From positions 1 through 64,000 of the forward strand of contig NIVC01003603.1 of NCBI GenBank assembly GCA_002269645.1: a DNA stretch of 64,000 bases. Direction: 5' to 3'. This DNA is from Macrostomum lignano. Its lineage: Eukaryota. A program made the position numbers and the translations under genes. The notes below the pieces were generated by a model. It was not told where the DNA came from, did no database searches, and saw nothing but the letters and a program-made list of their open reading frames with translations. Within the stretch, counting starts at the first letter, position 1; each line of letters begins with the position of its first letter. Below, in pieces: positions 37,062 to 50,401 of this stretch.

Positions 37062-40000
37062 GTAAGAACAGAGCTTTTGTATTTCTATTTATATTTCAAT
37101 TATAAAAAATTCTATTTCTATTTTGCTTTGGTTGTAGTTATGTTCTAAGACTTAGCCACACTTAGTTAAAGTGTTTTCATTATAATTATTATAATGCAAC
37201 AAAACTACTATTGTTGTTAGTAATTATATCCCTATTGTATATCATATTGGCACTAGGTATAATATCTGGCATTATATAGATATAATGCCATTTTATATGA
37301 AGACAAAATTTTATATAATGTGGAAGTTTTAAGCATTTAAAAAAGAGATTTAGTAAAGATTCTGATATTTTTCTTTTTGTAAACAATTTTTTTAAATAGT
37401 AAGAATACAAAATAGGATTTTTGAATATTTTCTAATAATGTTTCTTAGAAATATGGTCATAATTACTTGAATCAATTAAAAGCATTAAAGACTTAAGCTA
37501 TGAATTATAGATATTCATATAATTATAGATATTACTTGATCAATTTTCAAAAGTCTAGTGTCATTTCACTCATAACATCTAGGACTACAACATGGCATGA
37601 TTAAAAATTTGGATTTTGAAAAAAAAAATTCTCACTGGACCCCCTAGATATATGGTAATAGTTTAAAATAATTATTTTCAATATAAACTAGTTTTTATGC
37701 CTTAAAAAATCTTACATGATATATTATATAGTATTAGTAATATTAGTAGTAATAAGCAGTAGTAGTAAATTTGGCTTAGGCAAAAAGCCTATTTGGCCAG
37801 TATAGTTCAATATATCTAATAATAATTCAAGAGGAAGCTATTAGTATAAATACAGGTTTTATAAAATATATATAGTATTTGAAAGAGTGGCAAAACAATT
37901 TTCTACAAATCTTTGGACAAACTTTATTGGCTAACAAAATAAAAATTATTTAAATAAAGAATTATAAAACAATATTGTGTAAACTTGATAGAAAGCTATT
38001 CTTTTGATAGGTGATTAAAGAAGTATATATGTATTTAGTCAATATCAAATATCAAATGTATAGATAGCTAGCAATATTACTATATTAGACATTTAAAATG
38101 AAACACAATTTTTATATAAATATATCAACTAAAAACAGGGCATTTAAATCAAACATTTAGGTAAGCATTAATTGTTTGCAGGTAAAGTATTTATAATGTA
38201 TGGATAGACATATAATGCAATAGCATTGGTATTTATAAAGAAAGTAGGTAAGAACATGCAAAAAGGAGATATAGCAAAAGGGGATATCTAGCTTTGAGGA
38301 GTCCGGCACAATAGATTCAATTGGTGTAAAAGTAAGATAGGTAGTAACAGCATGGTATACATGGGATATTGTCTATTTTTTCATGTTGGTTGTAGACAAA
38401 GATTATTTATTGAGTTTTTAAATCTTCTCAATAGCTAGCAAGTCTTTTTTAGTTTTGCTTTTATTTGTTTAACAAATGTGGTGCAAATTATATAGCAAAA
38501 AGATTTAAGAATTAAGACCATCAATTCCCACAGTCTATTTTATTACAGTTATGCTAGAAATCTATGGTATAAGTCTTAAATTAGCTTTAGTATAAATGCC
38601 TAGCAGAAAAACCAATTGAATTTTTTTTGGTTAAAATGGCTAGTATTTTAATTATATAAGATTTTTTGGTATGTTTTCATTGAAAAAAACAGAGTCAAAC
38701 AACATTATAATTCTATACATCTTTATATAATCCAAAAGGTATGTCTTTTATACTTTATAATATTTATATACATATTTATTCATTTAACTATTAAAATTAA
38801 AACAAAAGCTTTAAACTTTTTAGTAATAAAAACTTATATACAAAGTTACATTAGAATCATTGCAATTTTATAAAAAATTATCAATTTTCTTTTAGCATAA
38901 GTTCAGGTATAAAATATCCCTATTGGAATAAATGTAGAAAACCTGTAGATATGTGATATGGGGTCTAAAATTGTAGCTCAAAAATGCTATACAGCACAGA
39001 CCATGTTAACTTTTATACCAAATACAGATGGTATACTAATTAGTTATTCGATGATGAGGCATTTAGCCTTAATAAGACTGTCATAGTTACTCTTGCCATT
39101 TACCCAAAACTGCACTGCATTATAACACCACCTGCCTTGTCTCTAGCTATGACACAACATGAAAAAATTCCAAAATTGCGATGGACAGTTGGAGGCCTTT
39201 TGTTCCACTTATTCCAATAAGGTAAAATACAGTATGGATTGGTGCCTTTGATTTTATGGGTAAAGAAAAATATAGAGCAAAAGATAAAAATGAGTATTAT
39301 AAATTTTAAAGCATTTATAAGAACTCATCAGTCTCTATATTTAGGGTGCAGTGGCAGATCTAAGAGGCAAAGGAATAGTAGCTATCCTAATAGTAGTAGG
39401 TATTTAAATTTTGAGCTTATTTGGGCTTCTTTTAAGCCAACCTCAAAAGTTTGGCCAATCTGCCCCTCCTCTTCCCTATTTAAAAATCTTAGATCCACCA
39501 CTTTTTAGGTTTGAGATTTAAGCAATAAAGATTTTTAATATTATATATATTGTGTAATTAGGGTAATGAAGGCTAAAGTTAAGATAAACGTTTATTAGTG
39601 ACTGATAGGTTAAGCTATGAGATAGAATTACTTTCATTGTATATTTTAATAAATACATGCCAAACACCTGGCCAACCTAGCCAAATTGACTAGGTGGCAA
39701 GAGATCTAGCCAAGGTAAGTGGCAAAACTGTCAACCCAAAAAAAATTAAATGAAAAAAACAAAAGACAGAGACCATGTCTCAGCCAAAGGCAACTAAGGA
39801 GTAGCTAGTGGCAACTAAGTCACAATTTTTGGGCGAAAATTGAAGTTGCATTGGCTGGGTAAAATTTCAAAGTCAGGCATATATGTTTTGTCACTATGTT
39901 TTAGTGAATGCTAGAAAAACATAATTAAAATTTATGAGAAATTACAAGGATTAATTATCTATGGATATAGATATAGATAGACTACAGGAGAAATTTTATC

Positions 40001-40247
40001 TATGGATCTTTTCTACTTTTGTTATTGATATATTTTGAAGATTAATATTCTCCTAATTAACTACTAACAGTAAACGGAGTGTCAAGTTCATTTAAAAAAT
40101 ACAAAGTCCTCTTAGCAACAGTATTTGTTTTACAGTATATCTCGCCAGGAAAGCTGCAATCATAATACAATAGACTAGCCTTTGTTTTTTTACTTTTAAG
40201 GCAAGAGATGCCGATATAACATACTGTCTATTCGCATTTTAATGTAG

Positions 40248-40306
40248 ATGCATTCGTCAATAGCCAGGAGTGGACTCTAAATCGTGGCATTCCGGAACTT
40301 CGACTG
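40248..40306 (+). CDS. AGAP1: AGAP1/3-like coding exon 2
   Basis: TAG| (D)AFVNSQEWTLNRGIPELRL |GTGGGT; matches DAFVNSQEWTLSRSVPELKV; phases 1 to 0 are consistent. Confidence 0.93.
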
Positions 40307-40380
40307 GTGGGTAAAGAACTCTACAATTAAGTTTCTTTGGTTTAACAGCAATCAGCAAAATTCAAGCATACCTTTGTCAG

Positions 40381-40468
40381 GGCGTACTGGGCACACCTCA
40401 GTCAGGCAAGTCGGCCCTGGTGCACCGCTACCTCACTGGCTCCTATATGCTGGACGACTCGCCTGAAG
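40381..40468 (+). CDS. AGAP1: AGAP1/3-like coding exon 3 (P-loop)
   Basis: CAG| [29 protein letters not shown](G) |GTTAG; P-loop GKS; preceded by a 74-nt intron; phases 0 to 1. Confidence 0.95.
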
Positions 40469-40555
40469 GTTAGCCTATCAAGCTGTGTCTGTTTTGCTTT
40501 TCTTGACTACTAATTGGCATCCAACTAATATCGGCTTTTGACCGTTTTATACCAT

Positions 40556-40961
40556 GGGTAATTCCCTCTGACAGTTAATTGCTGCACCAGATTGGAGCAA
40601 CGGGTAATTAATTCCCCCTGACAGTTAATTGCTGCACCAGATTGGAGCAACGGGTAATTAATTCCCTCTGACAGTTATTTGCTGCACCAGATTGGAGCAA
40701 CGGGTAATTCCCTCTGACAGTTATTTGCTGCACCAGATTAGAGCCACGGGTAATTCCCTCTGACAGTTATTTGCTGCACCAGATTAGAGCCACGGGTAAT
40801 TCCCTCTGACAGTTATTTGCTGCACCAGATTAGAGCCACGGGTAATTCCCTCTGACAGTTATTTGCTGCACCAGATTTGAAGCCATAGGTAATTTAATTC
40901 CCTCTGACAGTTATTTGCTGCACCAGATGAGAGCCACTAGTAATTAATTCCCTCTGACAGT
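40556..40961. repeat. Intron-3 minisatellite, 46-50-bp unit GGGTAATTCCCTCTGACAGTTATTTGCTGCACCAGATTAGAGCCAC, 9 copies
   Basis: Copies counted directly. Confidence 0.95.
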
Positions 40962-41049
40962 TTACCTGCTGCTTAATTTAGTAGTGTATATTCAAGGCTT
41001 GTCCAGTTTAGTAGATTTTTTATTTTAAACATTCTCCTATGTCTAAAAG

Positions 41050-41280
41050 GCGGTCGCTTCAAAAAGGAGGTACTTGTACCGGACGTGGGCAGCTGCCTGC
41101 TGCTCATTCGCGACGAAGGCGGCCCGCCCGACTCTCAATTCGCGGCTTGGTGCGACGCCTGCGTGTTCGTGTTTGCGCTGGACTGCGCCGAGAGCCTGGA
41201 CGCTGTGTATCAGTATTACGGCAGAATGGCCCAGGGCAGGAGTCTCAATGACCTGCCTCTGCTGCTGGTTGGCACTCAAG
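41050..41280 (+). CDS. AGAP1: AGAP1/3-like coding exon 4
   Basis: AAG| (G)GRFKKEVLVPDVGSCLLLIRDEGGPPDSQFAAWCDACVFVFALD...LPLLLVGTQ(D) |GTCAGT; matches GGRFKKE...LLLIRDEGGPPEAQF...LVLVGTQD; phases 1 to 1. Confidence 0.95.
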
Positions 41281-41337
41281 GTCAGTTGTCATGCGGTTCT
41301 GACTGCTCGGGTCAGCCAGCTGCTTCTGTCTCATTCT

Positions 41338-41850
41338 CGGTTGCTGGGCCAGCCTCCCAGATCCTCAGTTGTTGCTGGGCCAGCCTCCCAGATCCTCAGT
41401 TGCTGGGCCACTGGCCTCACAGATCCCCAGTTGCTGGGCCACCCTCCTAGATCCTCAGTTGCTGGGCCACTGGCCTCCCAGATCCTCAGTTGCTGGGCCA
41501 CTGGCCTTCCAGATCCTCAGTTGCTGGGCCAGCCTCCCAGATCCCCAGTTGCTGGGCCAGCCTCCCAGATCCCCAGTTGCTGAACCAGCCTCCCAGATCC
41601 TCAGTTGCTGGGCCAGCCTCCCAGTTCCTCAGTTGCTGGGCCACTGGCCTCCCAGATCCTTTGTTGCTGAGCCACTGGCCTCCCATATCCTCAATTGCTG
41701 GGCCACTGGCCTCCCAGATCCTTTGTTGCTGAGCCACTGGCCTCCCATATCCTCAGTTGCTGGGCCACTGGCCTCCCAGATCCTCAGTTGCTGGGCCACT
41801 GGCCTTCCAGATCCTCAGTTGCTGGGCCACTGGCCTCCCAGATCCTCAGG
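41338..41850. repeat. Intron-4 minisatellite, 28-32-bp unit CAGTTGCTGGGCCA(CTG)GCCTCCCAGATCCT
   Basis: Tandem copies read directly; explains the overlapping ORFs at 41369-41904. Confidence 0.95.
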
Positions 41851-42423
41851 TGTTGTCTGTTACCCCATCCTCTTGACTCAGAGATGAGTACTGTACTGAT
41901 ATAATGCTACTAATATGATAACGCCACTTTTGTTATCAAACGTGGAGTTTATAAATATGGAAATTTTAAGTTAATAGCTCATATTTTTTTGTAGTAAATT
42001 TTATTTCCCACTCTCTCGCATGAATTATTATGTGCGGCCAAGTATGAGTACAGAACAGGCGCTGGAGTTGCTCAACTCCACTGGGATCTCTCTCTCTCTC
42101 TCTCATTAGCGAAACTGGAGAAGATTAGAATGCACTGTGGAATGGGTAATGCATTCCTTCCTGGGTGTGTTTCGTGTATTGGTGAGGATGTTTAACATAC
42201 AAGTGATCGAAGGGGTTGCCAACTCTGTTAATTTGCTCATAGCTGACTGACTCATTTACTTGGCCTGTTGCCAAGCGATTATTTCTGAATCGGAACTCGG
42301 TTTCTTCTGTGTACTTTCGTAGATTATATGGACACCATAGGCTGAACTAGACTACTGATTTCATGTTCGTCAGTAGAAAGGAGGGAATGTATAAAAGAAT
42401 CTTTTCTCGAATATTCTAGATTA

Positions 42424-42505
42424 CAGGGGTCGGCAAACTTCGGCCCTCAAAGCCTCTCTATCCGGCCCTCGGGTCTTTTAAAACTTTACAATAGCAATCC
42501 TCAAG
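42424..42505 (+). mobile_element. Probable hAT (Charlie-like) terminal fragment
   Basis: Begins CAGGGGTCGGCAAACTTCGGCCC, typical of recalled hAT-Charlie ends. It continues into TCCGGCCCTCGGGTCTTT...AATAGCAATCC, related to the 37-bp repeat at 63258-63400. No opposite TIR found. Confidence 0.4.
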
Positions 42506-42840
42506 GCTTGTGTTTCTCCTTATCTCTCTTCCCTCCTCTTCTCTCCATACTTCTCATCTCCTCTCTACGTAAACGATTCTGTTGAACTGTCTGTCTGAAC
42601 GTTGCCTAGGTACTATTTTAATAGAGACAAACCTGATGAAGGTACTTAATAACAATTGCTACTTCAATGCGTATATTATTTAATATTATTAGCTACCTCT
42701 ACAAAATTTTATTAGCTTTAGTCTTAACCATACTACTGATTTGACATTATCAGTAGGATAGCTTAGACTTCACTATAAAAAAGCGCTTCGAGTAACAAAT
42801 GTTGGCAATTTTCCATATTATCAACCACAAATCCCGCCAG

Positions 42841-42975
42841 ACACGATCAGCGAGTCTCGGCCTCGCGTCATCGACGAAGTCAGATCGTTGAAGGCGGCCC
42901 ATGACCTGCGCAAGTGTCCATATTTTGAAACCTGCGCCACCTACGGTCACAATGTTGATCGAGTCTTTCAAGAGG
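42841..42975 (+). CDS. AGAP1: AGAP1/3-like coding exon 5; downstream exons not found in the window
   Basis: CAG| (D)[44 protein letters not shown] |GTAAG; matches [38 protein letters not shown]; ends in phase 1. Confidence 0.95.
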
Positions 42976-43992
42976 GTAAGCTAGATTTTTAATACTTATA
43001 ATATTGGTTCAATCGCACTTACTCTTTAAACGATCATTTTTAATAGTATCAGTCATGTAAAAGCAGGGGAATATTTTAAATCTTATTAAAATATTCAATG
43101 TTTACAATTTTACAGTCCTGGTATATTTAATTTCCATATAATAATAGTATAGCTGTTGGGTGGCGTTAAATTAGTTGCTGGGGCAATACCTGCAGCTCTC
43201 GCAATCGTAAATTATTGGTGGCCTACCTGATCAGAGCCATAATAGTATATATTTTTTGAAAAAAAACTCTCAATCCAAAAGAATAATAAAATTTTAATGA
43301 TATGCCCAAGCAGCTGCCTCGTCCAGTTTCCTAGCCGATTTATTAATGAGGGATTCTGGGTCTGAGCCTAGCCTGAAGGGGTTTTGTGCTTTTTTCTCTC
43401 CCTATAAGAACTCGCTTTTCAAAGATAGCTAGGTGTCTCAATCATGCGGCATGCTCTAAAATAACAAAAAAACTCGTCACAAGGCCTGAGGAATAATATG
43501 GCCGCGTTATGAACTATTATTTATTAGTTCATAGTATTCTGAACTGCTCCATCATCTGCTAGGAGACTGGGGATCCGGGATTCAGGTGACCCAATTGCTG
43601 GATAACAGTTTTTTCTCACCTCTGATCTCCCCATCTGGAGCTGGGAAGGGCATCTGGGCAATCTGTTTAGATTTGTCACAGCTTCATCACAGTTTCCCTT
43701 CCAGCCTCACTGTCTCAGTCAGTCAGTCAGTCAGTCAGTCTTCATTTGCACGACTAGAGTTGCCTAGTGGGTTTCTGTATTTTTATTTTTAGTTATTTTT
43801 TATTTACCGCGTGAAAGACAAAATCTACCAAGCAGGCAGCAGATGCTTCCGCCTGGTAACTACGATCTGACACTAGAAGACTCTTTTCTGATTTATAGGC
43901 AAACCTAATACTACGAGTATCACTATGCTGCTCTCATTTCATTGTTCAGCTGCTTGGAATTTTGTTTTCAGAGTAAAATGTTTACTTCCGTT

Positions 43993-44323
<331 letters not shown>

Positions 44324-45318
44324 ACTATTTTAAATACGGTACTCTCTCCAAAAGCTTTTGCGCAGCTCTAACGCACCATTTTTGCGCGCCGAATTCCATA
44401 ACTACTCTTCCGTGCCTTGCCTGTCGAACTCCGATTCAATGAAGCATCCAAAATGATGGGTTGGATTTATGACTTATTTTGAAACTTCAGAAGAATTTAT
44501 TATACTGGCTATCCATGCCCTGGTATTCAATGAGCGCCATCAGTTCGGGGCTTAAATACGGGCTTAATCGACTGGCGCGAGTCACCATTTAATCACGCGA
44601 GCCATACGGCACCATTGTTGTATTGGAAAAGTCAAGCCATGCTTGCATCCCACCTTTTTGAGTCACGCGATCCCCTTTCTATACTGTGTATACACGCATG
44701 TGCCTTATGCTCCAGCTCTATCTCTTCCATTCCTAAAATTTGTAATCGCTCTACTTCAACTATGGATAGATAGTCGATAATTACTAGGTAGGATTTTGTA
44801 GCTAAAGCTTTTATATTGGATTTCCATATAGTTCATTCTTTTGTGTGAAGCTTCTCAACTCGGTGGTCCACATTCCCCCTGAAGACTCCTCTTATTGTTG
44901 TCCGAGAGTTGTCAAGCTGAGTGAAAATTTCAAATATTAGACACGCCCCATTCTGGCGTGTCCCTCCTCCGCGCCTGGGGTCTTTTAACCCCCCCCCCCC
45001 CACTTTTTTTCTCAACTACTGGTGGTGCATATCTATCGATATTTTTGTCCCACTTGCCGTATCGATATTTTAAACCCTGCCTAGGAACAGAAAAATCGTC
45101 TTATTGGGAAACTTTTGAAGCAATTAAATGCTTCACTTAACACTCTGGTTGATGTGGTCTTTAGAGCAGTGTCGGGCTGTGGGGCACTGTCGCATTTCCA
45201 ATTGAATTATGTTCATCGCACATTGTTTATCAGTTCTTCCTTACGTTACAAATATAGGAAACTTTGTATCCTATGCTTTCCTGGTAAATATAACCATTCT
45301 GTACTCTGTAAAGTTTCT

Positions 45319-45345
45319 GTTTGTCTGTCTGTCTGTCTGTCTGCC

Positions 45346-45384
<39 letters not shown>

Positions 45385-45465
45385 GTGTGTGTCTGTCTGT
45401 CTGTGTGTGTGTGTCTGTCTGTCTGTCTGTCTGTGTGTGTCTGTCTGTCTGTCTGTCTGCCTGCC

Positions 45466-45504
<39 letters not shown>

Positions 45505-45527
45505 GTGTGTGTCTGTCTGTCTGTGTG

Positions 45528-45570
<43 letters not shown>

Positions 45571-45609
45571 GTGTGTCTGTCTGTCTGTCTGTCTGCCTGC
45601 CTGCCTGCC

Positions 45610-45652
<43 letters not shown>

Positions 45653-45777
45653 GTGTCTGTCTGTCTGTCTGTCTGTGTCTGTCTGTCTGTCTGTCTGTCT
45701 GTCTTAGTGTCTATGTCTGTCTGTCTGTCTTAGTGTCTATGTCTGTCTGTCTGTCTGTCTTAGTGTCTGTCTGTCAT

Positions 45778-45846
<69 letters not shown>
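45319..45846. repeat. (CTGT)n compound microsatellite
   Basis: Read directly; (GT)n and CCTG interruptions. Confidence 0.98.
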
Positions 45847-46759
45847 AATATGCTTCAGTAAAAACCAATCCACACTAGTCTATCGCTGCTTATTATCGTG
45901 TTCGCTTGCTCCCAGAGCCATTCAAGCTGAATTGCGAGCTTAGCAACTAGCCAGTAGGTTTAAGTAGACGTCTATATCCGGCGAGTCGGTAAGAGGTAGA
46001 TGGAGAGATTATGACGGATAATCAGTTTTATTTCTAAGGCAGACTCGACCCAATGTCAGTGGAAAAGTTGCTCACACCTCTAGCTCAAACCTGGTCCTTG
46101 ATCTTAATCAGTTGGGAAATTATCCGTTTAGTTGCGACATTGCATGCGACTCCGAGGAAAAAAGTAATGAGTACCAAAGGACCGATTCCATTGTGCAGCT
46201 TTTTCATTGCTGTTTTTTCCCGCAAAATTTGCTGTTCTAGTCCACAATTGCTCAGAAGTGGTCCTTGAGTTCTATAGATTTTTTATTCAAAAACTGTTGA
46301 TCAATGTATGCAATTGCTGTGTTGCATTTCCTTATATAATCTACGATAAGAGGCCCTGTGCTATTGTTTGTGTTTGAGTTTCTCTTTGCCAGATGTATAA
46401 GTGGTTCCTGTTTTCCACTTAGAATAGTGTCGCTTGAATGAGTCTTATCGAATCAACATGTCCTGTCTGAACTTCAGCAAAGATTACCAGAGAGCTGAGA
46501 GAAAGTGGTTTTTTCTCCTATTTTAAGCAGCTTGAAGCAGTTTCACAGAGAATCAATTCTGTTTACTTTGAGTCTTCAGTTAGGTCTATATTTTGGTTTG
46601 TTAGACTAAGAACATCTGGGTAACCTGGAGGTCAGTTAAAATTGCAGAATTTTCTTTTTTTCTTACAAGGCATTGAAATATTCGCGCTTATTTTATTTAG
46701 CTTGAATATCTTTTTGGATTTGAAGAAAAGGGGTCGCTTTCACGAGCCCAAAAATTTCA

Positions 46760-47450
46760 AGACCTAAACTTCACCTGACCTAAACTTCACGAGACCTAAA
46801 CTTCACCTGACCTAAACTTCACAAGACCTAAACTTCACCTGACCTAAACTTCACCTGACCTAAACTTCACAAGACCTAAACTTCACCTGACCTAAACTTC
46901 ACGAGACCTAAACTTCACGAGACCTAAACTTCACCTGACCTAAACTTCACAAGACCTAAACTTCACCTGACCTAAACTTCACGAGACCTAAACTTCACCT
47001 GACCTAAACTTCACGAGACCTAAACTTCACGAGACCTAAACTTCACCTGACCTAAACTTCACAAGACCTAAACTTCACCTGACCTAAACTTCACCTGACC
47101 TTAACTTCACAAGACCTAAACTTCACAAGACCTAAACTTCACCTGACCTAAACTTCACAAGACCTAAATTTCACCTGACCTAAACTTCACAAGACCTAAA
47201 CTTCACCTGACCTAAACTTCACAAGACCTAAACTTCAGAAGACCTAGACTTCACCTGACCTAAACTTTACTTGACCTAAACTTCACAAGACCTAAACTTC
47301 ACCTGACCTAAACTTCACAAGACCTAAACTTCACCTGACCTAAACTTCACAAGACCTAAACTTCAGAAGACCTAAACTTCACAAGACCTAAACTTCAGAA
47401 GACCTAGACTTCACCTGACCTAAACTTTACTTGACCTAAATTTCACATGG
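46760..47450. repeat. 16-bp minisatellite GACCTAAACTTCAC(CT/AA/GA)
   Basis: Tandem copies with alternating terminal dinucleotides. Confidence 0.96.
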
Positions 47451-48104
47451 CCTAAATTCCACATGAAAGTGTCGACGTGATGAAATTGGACGCTTAAAAC
47501 TTCTAGGCGATGCAAAATTTGCTGCACCGAAATCTTGATCCTTCTGAGTGGAAAGTGGAAACGATAAGAGAAAACGGTTTTTACGCGTGTCCAAGTGCAG
47601 ACACGCTGAGAATTTGAGAAGCGCGAGAGGACAGGTCGTTTAACAGCATGAGGTAAAAGGAAACAGGAGAACAAGTGTTTAGTTGGGTCAGACTTTCTCT
47701 TTTTAAATTTGTCTGAACTATTTCCCTTGCCTGTGTGTCTGCCTGCCTGTCCGTCTCTCCTAGCGCAATTCACGCCCAGCATGTGGTGTTTGTCTTGACT
47801 GCGACATTGCGCTGTGTTGTGCAACTTCTGCAGGCCCCGTCTTGCTAGCCAGCTGCCGCCTCTCCGCTTTTATCAATCCTTGAGCCACTGTCATTTCTCA
47901 CTCTCATTCTCTGTGTGTGTGCGCGTGCGTTCCACTGAGAGACGTGTGATGGAATTTCCGTTTGTGGTTTTATTTTCTTTCAGCTGCTCTGTGATCAAGG
48001 ATTTCTACAATAGAGATTCTGGAAAGGCTTCATCCATAACTTCTGGTCCAAGGATGCAACCTTCCAATCTATGAAAAAATATTATTTTGAATTTTTTTAA
48101 TTAT

Positions 48105-49350
48105 CTCGAGCTGGTGAAGTTTCGAGCTTGTGATGAAGTTTCGAGCTTGGGAAGTTTCGAGCTTGTGCTGAAGTTTCGAGCCTGGGAAGTTTCGAGCTTG
48201 TGATGACGCTTCGAGCTTGTGATGAAGTTTCGAGCTTGTGATGAAGTTTCGAGCTTGTGATGACGCTTCGAGCTTGTGATGAAGTTTCGAGCTTGTGATG
48301 AAGTTTCGAGCTTGGGAAGTTTCGAGCTTGTGATGAAGTTTCGAGCTTGTGATGAAGTTTCGAGCTTGTGATGAAGTTTCGAGCTTGTGATGACGCTTCG
48401 AGCTTGTGATGAAGTTTCGAGCTTGTGATGACGCTTCGAGCTTGTGATGAAGTTTCGAGCTTGTGATGAAGTTTCGAGCTTGTGATGAAGTTTCGAGCTT
48501 GTGATGACGCTTCGAGCTTGTGATGAAGTTTCGAGCTTGTGATGAAGTTTCGAGCTTGGGAAGTTTCGAGCTTGTGATGAAGTTTCGAGCTTGTGATGAC
48601 GCTTAGAGCTTGTGATGAAGTTTCGAGCTTGTGATGAAGTTTCGAGCTTGGGAAGTTTCGAGCTTGTGATGAAGTTTCGAGCTTGTGATGACGCTTCGAG
48701 CTTGTGATGAAGTTTCGAGCTTGTGATGAAGCTTCGAGCTTGTGATGAAGTTTCGAGCTTGTGATGAAGTTTCGAGCTTGTGATGACGCTTCGAGCTTGT
48801 GATGAAGTTTCGAGCTTGTGATGACGCTTCGAGCTTGTGATGAAGTTTCGAGCTTGTGATGAAGTTTCGAGCTTGGGAAGTTTCGAGCTTGTGATGAAGT
48901 TTCGAGCTTGTGATGACGCTTCGAGCTTGTGATGAAGTTTCGAGCTTGTGATGAAGTTTCGAGCTTGTGATGACGCTTCGAGCTTGTGATGAAGTTTCGA
49001 GCTTGTGATGACGCTTCGAGCTTGTGATGAAGTTTCGAGCTTGTGATGAAGTTTCGAGCTTGGGAAGTTTCGAGCTTGTGATGAAGTTTCGAGCTTGTGA
49101 TGAAGTTTCGAGCTTGTGATGACGCTTCGAGCTTGTGATGAAGTTTCGAGCTTGGGATGAAGTTTAGAGCTTGTGATGAAGTTTCGAGCTTGTGATGAAG
49201 TTTAGAGCTTGTGATGAAGTTTCGAGCTTGTGATGAAGTTTCGAGCTTGGGAAGTTTCGAGCTTGTGATGAAGTTTCGAGCTTGTGATGAAGATTCGAGC
49301 TTGTGATGAAGTTTCGAGCTTGTGATGAAGTTTCGAGCTTGTAAACTGTA
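48105..49350. repeat. 16/19-bp minisatellite GAAGTTTCGAGCTTGTGAT with variants GACGCTTCGAGCTTGTGAT and GAAGTTTCGAGCTTGG
   Basis: Read directly; produces the artefactual 421-aa minus-strand ORF. Confidence 0.97.
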
Positions 49351-50401
49351 ATGAAGCTTCAAGCTTTACAAAAGAACACTTTTCAAACTTCTCTTCGTTA
49401 TAATAAATTTTGTGGAGACGCTATTCAGCTTTAAACACGTCTTCTTGCCTTTGAAAAAAAAGGTAAATTTGAGGCAATGGAAACAGCTGTCTTTCCATAA
49501 ATAGCCAAATTTGAGAAATTTCGTTGCGCCTCAAGTCAGCTGTTTCCAATCCAGATTGCTAGCTTTGAGGCGTCCGTGACTATAAAGACCGGGCTTAAAT
49601 TTCAACACAATTCGACACCAAATCTCGCTGACTTTTCAACTTGAGCAGCTATTCACAAATTTGCTCCAAGCCAGAACCCCAACCCCAATTTAGGGAGATT
49701 TCTCCCCATCGTGCTCTCCCCAGCTCCCCGCGGAGGAAATTGGCTTTCACCCCCGATCCGGAGTTTGGGAGCGTCCAGCTGCCCTGTCTTGGCCCACCAT
49801 CTATCTACTCGACTCGGCTTACTGCCCCGTCGTAACACCTGGACCTCGTCGTGCCACTCTTTACTCACTCAGTGATCCGCTGCGGGCTTGACTAGATTCT
49901 CAAATTCACCTGGGCCAAGATCGATATCCCTTTTCACTCTAATCTCTCTTTACGATATCTATCCATCCATCTAATCTATCCCGCATTCTCACTTCATTTT
50001 TGTGGACTTGGAAACCATTGTTTTTATTGTTGCCGTTTTCGGAATCGCATCAAGAAGATTAGGATCTCTGCGCATCGTGTTTGGGGCAACAAGAGGTGAG
50101 GGACAGCTCTGGCCTCTCTGTATTATTGTATCAATTATCCAGAATACCGCTGCAACACTCTCTTATCCACTTAGCAACTGAAGTGTTAGCCTTTGAAATG
50201 TGACAACTATTGCAGATACCACCGCATCATCTTCTCGCCTTGTTTTTGTGTCCTCTCATTTTATTCCACCGTCTCAAAGAGCGGTCCGATCTGTATATTG
50301 ATAGCAATTAGAAATGGCACCTTTTTCTGTTTGAATAGTAGAATTTCTCTGTTCATGCGATGTTTGCTGAGATAACCTTGAATAATTCGGAGTAGTATAC
50401 T

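Noticed and set aside
38150-39520. Possible decayed non-LTR retrotransposon RT on the minus strand of intron 1 (fragments like PKKWW, IKAKLKKTC*LLRRFK)
   Set aside because: Only short motif-like fragments with many stops; cannot be supported without a translated profile search.
41369-41904. Overlapping 69-172-aa ORFs
   Set aside because: Translations of an intronic minisatellite downstream of the exon-4 donor.
48097-49362. 421-aa repetitive ORF
   Set aside because: A 16/19-bp minisatellite; the peptide cycles through all three frames of the unit, so there is no codon-level constraint.
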